IMG/VR virus record: IMGVR_UViG_3300037067_013349
DNA: 64,000 bases
Strand: one strand, 5' to 3'
DNA from: an uncultured virus (IMG/VR IMGVR_UViG_3300037067_013349)
Lineage: Duplodnaviria; Heunggongvirae; Uroviricota; Caudoviricetes
In this document: positions 35,065 to 44,661 of the stretch, one piece after another
Position numbering within the stretch: position 1 is the stretch's first letter
Layout: every line of letters starts with the position of its first letter
Translations under genes and position numbers: made by a program
The notes under the pieces: model-generated
The model's input: the letters and a program-made list of their open reading frames with translations, nothing else
Databases searched by the model: none
Told to the model about the DNA's origin: nothing

Positions 35065-36276
35065 ATGGTCGCCGAAGTCCGTGATTATCAGGTTCGCTTA
35101 GTTGATAAGACGGTCAAGCTGTACCACAACGGCTTCAAGTCAGTGCTTATCAACTCTCCCACCGGTTCTGGCAAGTCCTACATGGGCTTGCAAATCGTCA
35201 AGCTACTCCAAGACGAATTCAACATCGGTGCGGCATGGGTAGCCATGCGTCGAAACCTGCTCAAACAGATTCAGGGAGAGAACGACAAGCTTGACGTCGG
35301 TGCAGAAATAGTGCCGCTATCGATGTTCAACCACAACCCACCTACAGTCGACCAATATGGACGTCCCATCAAAATCGTCGTCCTAGACGAGAGCCAACAT
35401 GACCCGGCTGGCTCGATGGCCAACATCTATAATATTCTTCGCCCCCGCTGGATTCTTGGCATGACGGCCACTCCGTTTCGGACCGACCGCATGCGACTGT
35501 CGTTTGACAAGATTATCCGTGATATCGGAATCCATCAACTAATCGAGTCAGGCTACCTGTCGCAGTACCACCAATTCACCATTCCTTCTTGGAACGTTGA
35601 TGAAGTGGTTAATTGCTACCTGCGTGAGCCGGAACGATGGGGCAAGTCGGTCTTCTATTGGTTCACATATGCTGATGCTCTCGAATGCACGGAGAGGTTA
35701 CGTGCGAGTGGCGTACGTGCCGAGTTAGTGACTGCCCAAACGGATCGCGATTCCCAACTGGAACGATTTGAGAGTGGTGAAACGACCTGCCTCGTCAACA
35801 TGCAGATTCTCACCGAGGGCTTCGATTCGCCGTCGCTCAAGACCGTTTTCGTCCGCGATTCACAACGTGGCCCGACCATCCAAATGTGTGGTCGTGTCTT
35901 CCGAAGATACCCCGGCATCGAGTTCAAGCAGATCGTGCAGAGCAAGATGACCCATTGGCCGATCCAACGAACTGCCAAGCCCGCATACTCCGCCGTTTGG
36001 CTGCCAGAGGAGAACGATTGGCGTAGCTATGCACAGAGCAAAGCCATCGAACAAGTATCATTCCGTGTCTGCATGACACTCGCCCATACAAAAACTTCGA
36101 TGCCCGACTTCATCACAAAGAAGATGGAGAAGAAGCACCGAACTCGCCGCCAAAACAATGAGCAGCACACCGACCGTACTACAGAGTCTGGGTTGGCACG
36201 TCGGAATGATGGAGGTATGATCGATGACCGCCCCGGCTGGGTGGGTGGTTTCGGTGGCGGTGCTATCATTCATTAG
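35065..36276 (+). CDS. SF2 (DEAD/DEAH-like) helicase
   Basis: RDYQ, SPTGSGKS, DESQH, GMTATP.R.D, LTEGFD, QMCGRVFR. Confidence 0.93.
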   Translation: MVAEVRDYQVRLVDKTVKLYHNGFKSVLINSPTGSGKSYMGLQIVKLLQDEFNIGAAWVAMRRNLLKQIQGENDKLDVGAEIVPLSMFNHNPPTVDQYGRPIKIVVLDESQHDPAGSMANIYNILRPRWILGMTATPFRTDRMRLSFDKIIRDIGIHQLIESGYLSQYHQFTIPSWNVDEVVNCYLREPERWGKSVFYWFTYADALECTERLRASGVRAELVTAQTDRDSQLERFESGETTCLVNMQILTEGFDSPSLKTVFVRDSQRGPTIQMCGRVFRRYPGIEFKQIVQSKMTHWPIQRTAKPAYSAVWLPEENDWRSYAQSKAIEQVSFRVCMTLAHTKTSMPDFITKKMEKKHRTRRQNNEQHTDRTTESGLARRNDGGMIDDRPGWVGGFGGGAIIH

Positions 36277-36284
36277 AGGAAGCT

Positions 36285-36458
36285 ATGAACGAGACGATAA
36301 GAGCACTAGTCACCAAAATGCTGTCCTCCGAGAATATCGGAGCGAAAGCATTTTGGCATGCATGTCAATGGGACTCATACGATGGAACTGAACAAGAATT
36401 GAAGCAGTTTATCGAATGGCATGGAGAGCCGGGAGAAATACAGATCTATGAAAAGTGA
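36285..36458 (+). CDS. Small hypothetical (not in track)
   Basis: GAGGA RBS. Confidence 0.55.
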   Translation: MNETIRALVTKMLSSENIGAKAFWHACQWDSYDGTEQELKQFIEWHGEPGEIQIYEK

Positions 36459-36501
36459 GTATTTGAAATCCGGATGGAGGGAAATCTAGTGGATTTCCTG
36501 G

Positions 36502-36530
36502 TTAACAGCCAGCCCTCGCTGTGCTATAAT
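36502..36530 (+). promoter_or_regulatory. Conserved promoter
   Basis: TTAACA-N17-TATAAT, TGTGC. Confidence 0.8.
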
Positions 36531-36568
36531 GAGGCAGATTGAAACCTATCCCATTTCGGAGGACACAC

Positions 36569-37777
36569 ATGAGTATTGCTCCAACTATTGAGTACGCGAC
36601 GACCCCGATCAGAGCGATCAAAATCGAGGAAGCCGGTAGCAAAGGCAAGGTACACCGCGTCAGTATCGACGGTCGGCAGTTTATTCCGACCCCTCGATTC
36701 TGGACTTCGCTTTGTTCCACCTACAGCACCCACGGACTCTCCACCAAGGTCTTCAAGCTGTTCTCGCATCACGAGGTATTACAGCGATTGACGGACGTCC
36801 TGGGTGGTGACGACAAGGCCAGGGTGCGATATGCCTTTGAAAACAAAGACCCGACGCCCGGCAACCTGTTGGCGGTGACGCTTCCAGCTAAGCCAGTCAT
36901 CTCATTCGAACGTATCAGCGACACGCTCCAACGGTACAATGCCATCTCCACCGAGTATGGTGGCGGCATCGTTCGCTCGACGCACACCCCCAACCACATG
37001 GAGGACTTCAAAATCGCCGGTGACGGCTTCGCCCATCAATATGTGATGGAGACGCCAATCGACGGTTTTGGCAATCCGCTGATTTATCTGTCGCTCCTGC
37101 GGCAGGTCTGCAGCAACGGCATGATCGGCTACAGCCGAGCGTTCCGTACCGAAATCTCCATGGGACGTGGCGACACGAAGAACGCCGATTTGACGTTCTC
37201 GCTGGAACGTGCTCTCGATTCGTTCAGCAACGAGGAGGGCTTCGCGGCTCTCCGGACTCGCTTCGAATCGGCGACGACTTCATGGGCGTCGATTGCGGAA
37301 TGCAACCGCGTCTACAAGGTCACGCAAGCGATGGCACAGCACAACATGTTCCTGCCGAAGCCGACCGAGGGAGCCAAACTGGTCGAACGCATGTCTTCAC
37401 GGCGCGAAGCCGTCATCCGTGCCAGTCATGGTGGAGATATCGGCAGTGACCCGTCACCAGTCGCGGTGAAAATCATGAGGGCCTATTCGGCTCTGACCGG
37501 CGACCTGTGTGCAGTCTACGGCATCACCCATCTGGACGCATTGAGCCGTAAGAAGATGGCTCAACTCCCGGCCCGATGTTCGATGTACGACCTGCTCAAC
37601 TTCACCACCGAGGTTGCGACACATTACTGCAGCCAGAAACATGGCCGATTATTGCAGGCCGAGGTCGGTAACTTCGTGAGCAATGAATTCGACCTCGAAG
37701 GCAGCAAGGCCGAGGGAGCCAAGGAACAATTCGCCGATTGGTTCACCGACACCAGTGATATCCCTGCGACAGAATGA
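36569..37777 (+). CDS. DUF932-like protein
   Basis: LLRQVCSNGMI; SMYDLLNFTTEVATH. Confidence 0.6.
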   Translation: MSIAPTIEYATTPIRAIKIEEAGSKGKVHRVSIDGRQFIPTPRFWTSLCSTYSTHGLSTKVFKLFSHHEVLQRLTDVLGGDDKARVRYAFENKDPTPGNLLAVTLPAKPVISFERISDTLQRYNAISTEYGGGIVRSTHTPNHMEDFKIAGDGFAHQYVMETPIDGFGNPLIYLSLLRQVCSNGMIGYSRAFRTEISMGRGDTKNADLTFSLERALDSFSNEEGFAALRTRFESATTSWASIAECNRVYKVTQAMAQHNMFLPKPTEGAKLVERMSSRREAVIRASHGGDIGSDPSPVAVKIMRAYSALTGDLCAVYGITHLDALSRKKMAQLPARCSMYDLLNFTTEVATHYCSQKHGRLLQAEVGNFVSNEFDLEGSKAEGAKEQFADWFTDTSDIPATE

Positions 37778-37902
37778 GCGGGCGGACCCGCGCTGGCATC
37801 GTCGGGATGGGACGGAGTTACGGCTCCGTCCTCCTTGGAGAGGTGAAGCGAACGAGCCTGTAATGTAACCCTCCCCGGATGCCCTTGTCGGGCGTCCGGT
37901 CT

Positions 37903-37987
37903 GGCCGTGTGGTGGAATGGCAGACACTAGGGATTTAAAATCCCTTGCTCATAACAGAGCGTGCCGGTTCGAATCCGGCCACGGCTA
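37903..37987 (+). tRNA. trnL: tRNA-Leu (UAA)
   Basis: GGCCGTG/CACGGCT acceptor, AGGGA-TTTAAAA-TCCCT anticodon arm, long variable arm, GGTTCGAATCC; CCA not encoded. Confidence 0.93.
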
Positions 37988-37989
37988 CT

Positions 37990-38178
37990 ATGAACGAAGA
38001 GCAGATTAAAAAATTGGCCGAGAAACTTCGCGATCACGTCACGAGCGATGGCTCGATATACGGATTCGAGGAAGTCATCTATCATTTTCTACGGCAGGAG
38101 CGATTGTCGCATCCCAACAAAGTTGTATCGTTTTTTGAGTCGCAACCTACTCGCAAACATCGCACTATCATGGGCTAA
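37990..38178 (+). CDS. Hypothetical protein
   Basis: ORF directly after tRNA. Confidence 0.5.
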   Translation: MNEEQIKKLAEKLRDHVTSDGSIYGFEEVIYHFLRQERLSHPNKVVSFFESQPTRKHRTIMG

Positions 38179-38190
38179 GAGGAGACACAC

Positions 38191-38898
38191 ATGTATGATG
38201 AATCGACGAATCCGAGCAATGGCTGGCAAGTTCCAGAAACGCTGGATGAATCTGAGCGCCTAGAGCCGGGTGATATTTCTGATGTTCTGTCGGATCTGGA
38301 GCCAAACGACGGCAACCCTCTCGAAAGACCGCCACTCCAGTACAACCCGCTCAACCACGCTTATCCCATGATGGCCGAAACGAGCATCGGTGTTCTCGAA
38401 CTGATGGTGCAATTTACCATCGTCCGAGGGCAGACGGGAATTCCTACCAATCTACTGGGGCATGCAGTCGAACTGCAGGTTCCCGTCTCCATCGAAGATA
38501 TGCCCGTCAACGGGCCGAAGGAATTCGATGAGTCCATCCGCGATCAGATAGCTCGCGATATCGTATCCGAGGGTGCTCTGGTCGACGAGCTATCCTATGA
38601 CACTTGTTATTATCTCGTGCCGATGATTGTTCGAGCACGTCGATTCGTCGGCAACGCTCCTGATGCCGTTCCCAGTAAAGAGGGCGGCACATGGGAGTCG
38701 CTTACCAGGGAAGAAGTGGCCGAGACAGTTACTGGTGACGCTCTCTTGGATCTCGTTCGCGGCTATGCTGACAAGGTTGCGAGTGATCCGAATGCACCAA
38801 CCGGATTGCTTGATATGTTGGATCACTTCCGACTCGGCCCGAATCGTGCTGACGCCATGCGCCGGACCGATGACGAGTTCAACGAGGAGTGGAACTGA
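38191..38898 (+). CDS. Acidic hypothetical protein
   Basis: GAGGAG RBS. Confidence 0.8.
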   Translation: MYDESTNPSNGWQVPETLDESERLEPGDISDVLSDLEPNDGNPLERPPLQYNPLNHAYPMMAETSIGVLELMVQFTIVRGQTGIPTNLLGHAVELQVPVSIEDMPVNGPKEFDESIRDQIARDIVSEGALVDELSYDTCYYLVPMIVRARRFVGNAPDAVPSKEGGTWESLTREEVAETVTGDALLDLVRGYADKVASDPNAPTGLLDMLDHFRLGPNRADAMRRTDDEFNEEWN

Positions 38899-39041
38899 TG
38901 CCATTTCAAGCGACCCAAAATACATTTCGCAATCTGAAGCAACAGTGGCGAAATGGGAGAGATGGGTCAATTTGATCTCTGCCGAGCTTGATCAAATTGA
39001 TCAGTAGTCTGCTTCAGACTACAAAGAGGTAGAGGAATGCT

Positions 39042-39350
39042 ATGGACACCGTGACTGAAGAAAAATGGCAATGGATCAATGATCTGACGAAGCAAAGAAC
39101 TCCATCTACTGAGTTCGATGCCGACGATGACGATCGCCAGAATCAAGTTCGCGGAGCCATTGCTGACGGCTGGCAATGGATGAGGGCCGAGGAGAGGATT
39201 GGCCGATGGCTTGGATTAGCGTTGGCTATCCTTGTCTGGGGCACCTTCACCGTCTGCTACTTTCAGGCACACCCCATTAACAACACTACGTCCGTACCTG
39301 CGGGTGAATGTCAAGAATATCAGGATTATTTGGACAGGGTAACAGAATGA
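39042..39350 (+). CDS. Single-pass membrane protein
   Basis: WLGLALAILVWGTFTVCYF. Confidence 0.65.
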   Translation: MDTVTEEKWQWINDLTKQRTPSTEFDADDDDRQNQVRGAIADGWQWMRAEERIGRWLGLALAILVWGTFTVCYFQAHPINNTTSVPAGECQEYQDYLDRVTE

Positions 39351-39526
39351 GTAGCCTCAGTAAAGGAGCTATTGCCTTCTACACCGGCAAATGGTTTCTT
39401 ATTTGGACCCTGAAGATATTCGCCATAGGCTTAATGGCAGCCGTTGCTATGCTTGCCTTCTTCAAGTCTACCTGCGACCAAGACAACACTTGAGGAGTAT
39501 TTGGATGCTATCCAATATCTCTAAAG

Positions 39527-39745
39527 ATGGCTGACCAATACTTCAACCAATACCTAAGGATTTCCAAGTTGGAAACTATTTGCAAGTACTGTGGGGAAGA
39601 ACCACACAGCCCTAACTGCCCTCAGAAAGCCATAGATTTATGGCAGCAGGGATACGATGATGGCAAAGCTGGAAAACCACCGGCATTTACGATCGGTGCT
39701 CCTGCTTATTCACTCGGATACGTCAGAGGACTGAGTAATGCCTGA
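39527..39745 (+). CDS. Hypothetical protein
   Basis: CKYC..H..C; GY.DG motif. Confidence 0.6.
   Translation: MADQYFNQYLRISKLETICKYCGEEPHSPNCPQKAIDLWQQGYDDGKAGKPPAFTIGAPAYSLGYVRGLSNA
39561..39575. promoter_or_regulatory. TTTCCA-N3-TGGAAA palindrome
   Basis: Perfect copy. Confidence 0.6.
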
Positions 39746-39865
39746 CCGAGTTGCATGGTACTGGTGGCTCTTCTTCCCGCTCTGGCTCGCCTATTCTCTT
39801 CTATGTGATGTCTTCAAAGACCAAGAAGAATAGAGTGCTCAGTATGTAACTGTAAAAGCACTCTA

Positions 39866-39880
39866 TTTCCATCTTGGAAA
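39866..39880. promoter_or_regulatory. TTTCCA-N3-TGGAAA palindrome
   Basis: Perfect copy before ATG 39885. Confidence 0.65.
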
Positions 39881-39884
39881 CCTG

Positions 39885-40076
39885 ATGACCACACACAGCC
39901 AAGTACGCATAACTAAACCATCTCCTGGAATGACTTGCCATAGGGAGATCCGGCTAGACCCGGCAGGCAAGCCCGTCTATTGCCCGTCCAAAGCGGTCAT
40001 GGTCATCAATGGGACACCGCTCTGCCAGAAGCATGCAGACGAAATGATGGTGGCTATCGTAGCTAAGACCAAATAG
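39885..40076 (+). CDS. Small Cys/His protein
   Basis: C...C...LCQKHA. Confidence 0.6.
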   Translation: MTTHSQVRITKPSPGMTCHREIRLDPAGKPVYCPSKAVMVINGTPLCQKHADEMMVAIVAKTK

Positions 40077-40086
40077 CCACCATCAA

Positions 40087-40101
40087 TTTCCAAATTGGAA
40101 A
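40087..40101. promoter_or_regulatory. TTTCCA-N3-TGGAAA palindrome
   Basis: Perfect copy between convergent genes. Confidence 0.65.
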
Positions 40102-40107
40102 GCTGCC

Positions 40108-40422
40108 CTACTTGGGTAGCTGCTTCCGCGTCGTCAAGTCCGACCGAAGCTGAGCGATGTCGGTCCTTTTCAGCTTCTTGGCGAACTTATGCGCGACGTC
40201 CCACGTGATAGGTCCATCGACGTAGGGAAGATCGGAGCAGGCGGCGGGCTTCTTCTTGATAATCACGAACGTCGGCTTTCGCCTTTTCGTCGCCCGCTTG
40301 CCGTTCCCGGCCAAGACCGTCTCGGATATGACATACTTCGGCATTCGACCTTCACAAACTGCGACTAGCTCTTCGGGAGTGTCGCACGAGCACTCAACTC
40401 CTTGCAATTTAAAGCGATACAT
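40108..40422 (-). CDS. Hypothetical basic protein
   Basis: GAGGA RBS, own promoter. Confidence 0.75.
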   Translation of the reverse strand: MYRFKLQGVECSCDTPEELVAVCEGRMPKYVISETVLAGNGKRATKRRKPTFVIIKKKPAACSDLPYVDGPITWDVAHKFAKKLKRTDIAQLRSDLTTRKQLPK

Positions 40423-40463
40423 AAAAATGTCCTCAAAGAAGGATAAAAAACGTTACCGCAGGA

Positions 40464-40492
40464 ATTATAGCACAAACAATAATTCCTGTTAA
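40464..40492 (-). promoter_or_regulatory. Conserved promoter
   Basis: TTAACA-N17-TATAAT, TGTGC. Confidence 0.75.
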
Positions 40493-40929
40493 TTTGATTC
40501 GACGCCGCCTCTAGGAATATGACGAACTTCTGTTCTGTCCGTTATTAATCCTTTCTCTTTGAATTGCCTGAATAAGTCGTCTTGATTGGTACAGAAAACC
40601 ATAATAGACTCGACACCAGGCAACTCATCAGAAACATCCGCTACGAAGAAGCCTTCATTTTGAGATAAGGCTTCTAGCTCTACTGCTTTGATTCCAGCAC
40701 CAAAATATGGAAACTTGCTGGAATGACTATCAATCAGACTGAGAACCTCTTTGAATTTAGGCGAAGGCTTATTGTCTTCTGACGGATAGAGAAAGAAGAG
40801 GCCCTTTCCGCCAACATGCGTCATCTGGGCCATAAGCGGATTGTCGGCCCTGATCTCATCGATGTTCTCTTTAGTAACGCCTAGAAAAACACGCAGTCCG
40901 TTTTTGCCATTAGCAGCGGCGTAAAACAT
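40489..40929 (-). CDS. Hypothetical protein
   Basis: ORF. Confidence 0.7.
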   Translation of the reverse strand: MFYAAANGKNGLRVFLGVTKENIDEIRADNPLMAQMTHVGGKGLFFLYPSEDNKPSPKFKEVLSLIDSHSSKFPYFGAGIKAVELEALSQNEGFFVADVSDELPGVESIMVFCTNQDDLFRQFKEKGLITDRTEVRHIPRGGVESN

Positions 40930-41595
40930 TTATTTAATAGTCTTAGCTTCTTCATTATTATGAAATAACTAAGATTTGCTCCAAGGTTAATCTCTTCAAG
41001 AATCAATTATTCAAAATCATCCGTAAGTTGTTGTCTTAGGCTCGGTTAGGTTTGGGAGTCGTAAGTGGTGTGGCACATAAAATGTGTCCCCAATTTTGCA
41101 AAATTCCCTCAGCCAACCGAGCCTATAGCGGTATCGTATGGCGGCGTGATGGCGATGCCTACCACGCCTAGGTTGCCGTCTTCGACGGCCCCGCTAAAAA
41201 TTTTTTAGCATCAATAATATGATTGATTAATAAAAAATTTCAAATACATTTAATCTCTTATACTCCTAACGGCGTGTGTTTAATATCGGAGAAATAATAA
41301 CGGACATATCTGAGGAATATTAAGAGGGTCGCTTCTTCTCCGATATATCTAGAAGGCTTTCCTTTAGCTTCCCTTGCACTCTGAATGCCTTCTGAATAGT
41401 CGAAGGTGTCTTGGCCTCACACGCACGGAAGATACTCTTTTGTTAGCGGGAGAGCAGGCTTTCTTATTATTTTCCAATATAATTATTCATTTTAATTGCC
41501 CTCTTCTTCCGGTCTAATACGGAATAGAATTCCTCGCTATGTATTTCAACTTATATTGCTAGGCTACTTATTCAACCTAAAAAGGACTACGAAAC
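40930..41595. other. Long non-coding region with inverted repeats and AT-rich core
   Basis: No ORF; IRs 41038-47/41115-24 and 41283-93/41336-46. Confidence 0.6.
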
Positions 41596-41865
41596 ATGGG
41601 AAAGACTGAAGACATTACTCTTGAAACCAAAACTGAAACCAAGGAAGAGAACAAAAAGTCCATGGATGCTGAAGGTGTCGCTCTGTTGGACCGCATTCGT
41701 CGTCACAACGATGTCAATATTGTCCAACACTATGACCGCAAACTTCTACGTGACCTTGCCCATGCTGCTACTTGCTTCGCATCCTTGTGCCGATGTGTGG
41801 GTGATTGGAGAATCGAGCAAGCCTTAGGTGGTCACATCGGTGGGACGAAGGAAAAGACCGAGTAG
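41596..41865 (+). CDS. Hypothetical protein
   Basis: AAGGA RBS. Confidence 0.6.
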   Translation: MGKTEDITLETKTETKEENKKSMDAEGVALLDRIRRHNDVNIVQHYDRKLLRDLAHAATCFASLCRCVGDWRIEQALGGHIGGTKEKTE

Positions 41866-41940
41866 AAAAAGCTGCTTTTCATACGAGCGTTCTGCTTTTC
41901 TTCGAGGGGAAGGGTAGGACGCTCGTTCTCTTTTTATTCT

Positions 41941-41976
41941 TGCTTTTATTGGTGCTTTTATTGGTGCTTTTATTGG
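41941..41976. repeat. 12-bp tandem repeat x3
   Basis: TGCTTTTATTGG. Confidence 0.9.
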
Positions 41977-42049
41977 AGTCTAATGACATCGTAAAGCTAA
42001 AGACCTCTTCGAAAAAAGTAGAGTCAAAGCTTAAGTCATCCGTACGTCA

Positions 42050-42271
42050 CTACTTTTCTACGGCTCCTAGTCGTACCGCTAACTTCCTTCTGCCCTCGGT
42101 GATGTCATAATGTGGATGCCTAGGATGGTCTTGAAAATAAGTCCTTCTTAGCCCTAATCGTAATGCGAATTCATGTAGCTCTTCGAGGGTGTCTGCTGTT
42201 AAATGACATGCGGAAGGATATCGCCATTTTGAAGAACGTTCCGTTTGAAAGAGCTTATCGACGTAGACCAT
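42050..42271 (-). CDS. DUF4031 protein
   Basis: VYVD, CHLTADTLEELHEFA..LGL.R.YFQ..PHYDIT. Confidence 0.85.
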   Translation of the reverse strand: MVYVDKLFQTERSSKWRYPSACHLTADTLEELHEFALRLGLRRTYFQDHPRHPHYDITEGRRKLAVRLGAVEK

Positions 42272-42406
42272 ATGGTCCTCTTCTTCGGAAAATATTAACC
42301 GGAATCTTACGTTATAATGCTCTCTGAAATACGTATTTGAGGAGTATTAAGATGGATTATAAAGAACTTCTGAAGAACTAATCCGACTATCAAACGAAAT
42401 AGAAAT

Positions 42407-42757
42407 ATGATAACCTTAAAAGAATTAGCAGATCTACTGCCTAACTGGGAATGTGATGTAAAAGACGCTTGCCTTTATCACAGGGCAGATAGGCACCGTC
42501 TATATCAGGTAATGACGAATTGGGTCTCAGCGATGGGTCTTCTCGAATCGTTATGCAGGCCAGTAAATGAGTGCGGGATGGGGTGGGTTTATATGATAAA
42601 GAGAAGACCAACCCATTACGTGGTAGAGATAAAAGCGGCGAGTAAGACGAGACAGATAAGGAGATCTGGGGAGTCTAATCGTTTCGAAGAAGCTATAATG
42701 CTAGCTATTGCAAAGACCGCTGCCGCCGAGATGGATAAGGAAATCTGGGGATTCTAG
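42407..42757 (+). CDS. Hypothetical protein
   Basis: ORF. Confidence 0.6.
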   Translation: MITLKELADLLPNWECDVKDACLYHRADRHRLYQVMTNWVSAMGLLESLCRPVNECGMGWVYMIKRRPTHYVVEIKAASKTRQIRRSGESNRFEEAIMLAIAKTAAAEMDKEIWGF

Positions 42758-42822
42758 CCCTTCCTTCGCCTGTAATCCTGTAATAGTAAAATGCCCGTCC
42801 TTAAAAGATGTTCACAGAATTC

Positions 42823-43092
42823 CTATTTAAGAGAAGCTTCGACTATTCCATCTATGTCCTGCCTATAACCGACTAAGTTGCCGGAAAGGGCCTTAAGCAT
42901 TTTGCCGACCTTCATATCGTTGTCACTGTCCCAGTGGTCGAACATCTCCTGGGCTATCTTGGTAATCTTCTGAGCCATGTCGGCGGCACCTAGACGATAA
43001 GCACAGGCTAAGGAGTCGCTGGCGTCATCAAGCTCTAGAATTCCTCGGACACGTTGTATAGTTTGTGGATTAATCTCGTTTAATGTCTTCAT
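42823..43092 (-). CDS. Hypothetical protein
   Basis: ATGA coupling. Confidence 0.65.
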   Translation of the reverse strand: MKTLNEINPQTIQRVRGILELDDASDSLACAYRLGAADMAQKITKIAQEMFDHWDSDNDMKVGKMLKALSGNLVGYRQDIDGIVEASLK

Positions 43093-43328
43093 CCTACTAC
43101 CCTTGGATTCCAGTGACCTATATGTTCAAACCTGGGCATCGTCTTGCCGTCACGTGTAACTGTTTCGAGGAATTCAGAGACAGGCCGTGCCCATACCCTA
43201 TAATTTCCGTATTCCTGCTGATAGATGACTAATTCCTCATTAGAGCTAGCATGAATAGCAGTGCCGAGGACAGTATATTCTTGACCTTTAAAATGCCTAT
43301 ACTTTCCGTGAATCACGATTCTTGTCAT
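43089..43328 (-). CDS. DUF1653 protein
   Basis: GKYRHFKG..Y.V...A.H....LVIYQ..YG..VWARP...F...PRF. Confidence 0.9.
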   Translation of the reverse strand: MTRIVIHGKYRHFKGQEYTVLGTAIHASSNEELVIYQQEYGNYRVWARPVSEFLETVTRDGKTMPRFEHIGHWNPRVVG

Positions 43329-43705
43329 TTGCTCAATCGTGGTAAGAATCCACCATCTCCAAATCTGACCATCTCCGCAAGCCATGGCATTTCCCTATCA
43401 TGCATGACGGCATCCGCAATGGTCGCAAGGTGATTATCGGGGTGTTCAACGGCTGTAAATTCTTCGACAGGAAAATAAAACTCACCTCCATTGGCCTCTA
43501 AATCGAAGCAAAAGAAGCACGCTTTATTATTATCGGTCTCTTTGAAGAATCCTATATAAGAGATGCCGTGGTATAAGACGTCATAAAGATGGCCTGAGAC
43601 AAGAAGGGAATAGTCGGGAGTGACTTTTATGGTCCAGTCGAACACTATAGAACCCTCTCTATACGGACAACACGAAGACCACGTTTGCCGAAGTTGTTGA
43701 TGCAT
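43325..43705 (-). CDS. Hypothetical protein
   Basis: ORF; start uncertain. Confidence 0.55.
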   Translation of the reverse strand: MHQQLRQTWSSCCPYREGSIVFDWTIKVTPDYSLLVSGHLYDVLYHGISYIGFFKETDNNKACFFCFDLEANGGEFYFPVEEFTAVEHPDNHLATIADAVMHDREMPWLAEMVRFGDGGFLPRLSK

Positions 43706-43860
43706 CTCCTTCTGACATCAACTTCAAGACTGTCGAAAGCGGCTCTCTTCTCATCCTCAGTCATTCGCTCAACGCCAACGCCAGATAGGTATTCCTCCAA
43801 TTCCAGAGTCGCTGAGAACTCCCTATTGGTTCCAGTGGCCAGTATGACGTTGAATCTCAT
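43645..43860 (-). CDS. Hypothetical protein
   Basis: ORF. Confidence 0.55.
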   Translation of the reverse strand: MRFNVILATGTNREFSATLELEEYLSGVGVERMTEDEKRAAFDSLEVDVRRRCINNFGKRGLRVVRIERVL

Positions 43861-44016
43861 TAAAGACTTGCTTTATTGGATTTCCTGTAGCCCTGTTAAG
43901 TTCCTCTCTTCTGAAGCTGTCTCTTGACGTTCTTGCGAACTCGCTTATTGACCATTCGTCGCCCACCCTTACCTCCGGCGTTGCGAGTGTGCTTGCACCA
44001 TTCGCTCACTCCACTT

Positions 44017-44517
44017 TCATCCTTGCGCATCAGCATTCTCCTGTTCTATATGATTCTTATATCCCTTCTCGAAGCAAGAGTCGATGTACTCTCTATGTTC
44101 TTCGAGGACTTCGGTGATTGAGCTTCTCATTTCTGCCAACCTACCATTGGCGATGCTGGTAGAAATGCATTTATCGCACAATCCTATAATAAATTTTCTA
44201 GTATCAAACGAACTGCCATAGTTGCAGACGACCTCCCAAGTATCGCCGTCACAAATGTTGCTCATCCATGGCCGATCGGCATTATAATGCTCATATAATA
44301 GGAGTTCCCCACATAAGAGACATCTATACTGGGGTAATGCTCCATGTTTGTGAAGCTCATCTATGGTCCAATACTCACCATCGTGAAAATAGACCATGAT
44401 ATCATCAGGGAGGTCTATACGGCGTTTACCGAACCACATTCTATTCTTTTGAGATGGGGGGAGTCCTGAGGGAATGCGTGATAAGATTCTATTCTCACTC
44501 ATCGTTATCTTCCTCAT
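44017..44517 (-). CDS. Cys-rich hypothetical protein
   Basis: CLLC...YGS.FD...LCDKC. Confidence 0.65.
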   Translation of the reverse strand: MRKITMSENRILSRIPSGLPPSQKNRMWFGKRRIDLPDDIMVYFHDGEYWTIDELHKHGALPQYRCLLCGELLLYEHYNADRPWMSNICDGDTWEVVCNYGSSFDTRKFIIGLCDKCISTSIANGRLAEMRSSITEVLEEHREYIDSCFEKGYKNHIEQENADAQG

Positions 44518-44661
44518 TGAATTTTACGTCGCTGCTCTTCCCACTCTTGCCGAATCTTGTTGACCCTATCATGCTGCTTCTTATCATCATACCAGACATA
44601 GTAGCCAGCAGCGACAGCAATCAACACTCCGAGTAGCGGCCAAAAGCAGGTATCGAAGAAG

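Noticed and set aside
18300..40500. Promoter repeats as integron attC sites
   Set aside because: No attC-like dyad and no integrase; the fixed 17-bp hexamer spacing and orientation fit promoters.
41805..42110. ORF with poly-Leu membrane segment
   Set aside because: The hydrophobic run arises from the TGCTTTTATTGG tandem repeat in a convergent intergenic region and overlaps real genes.
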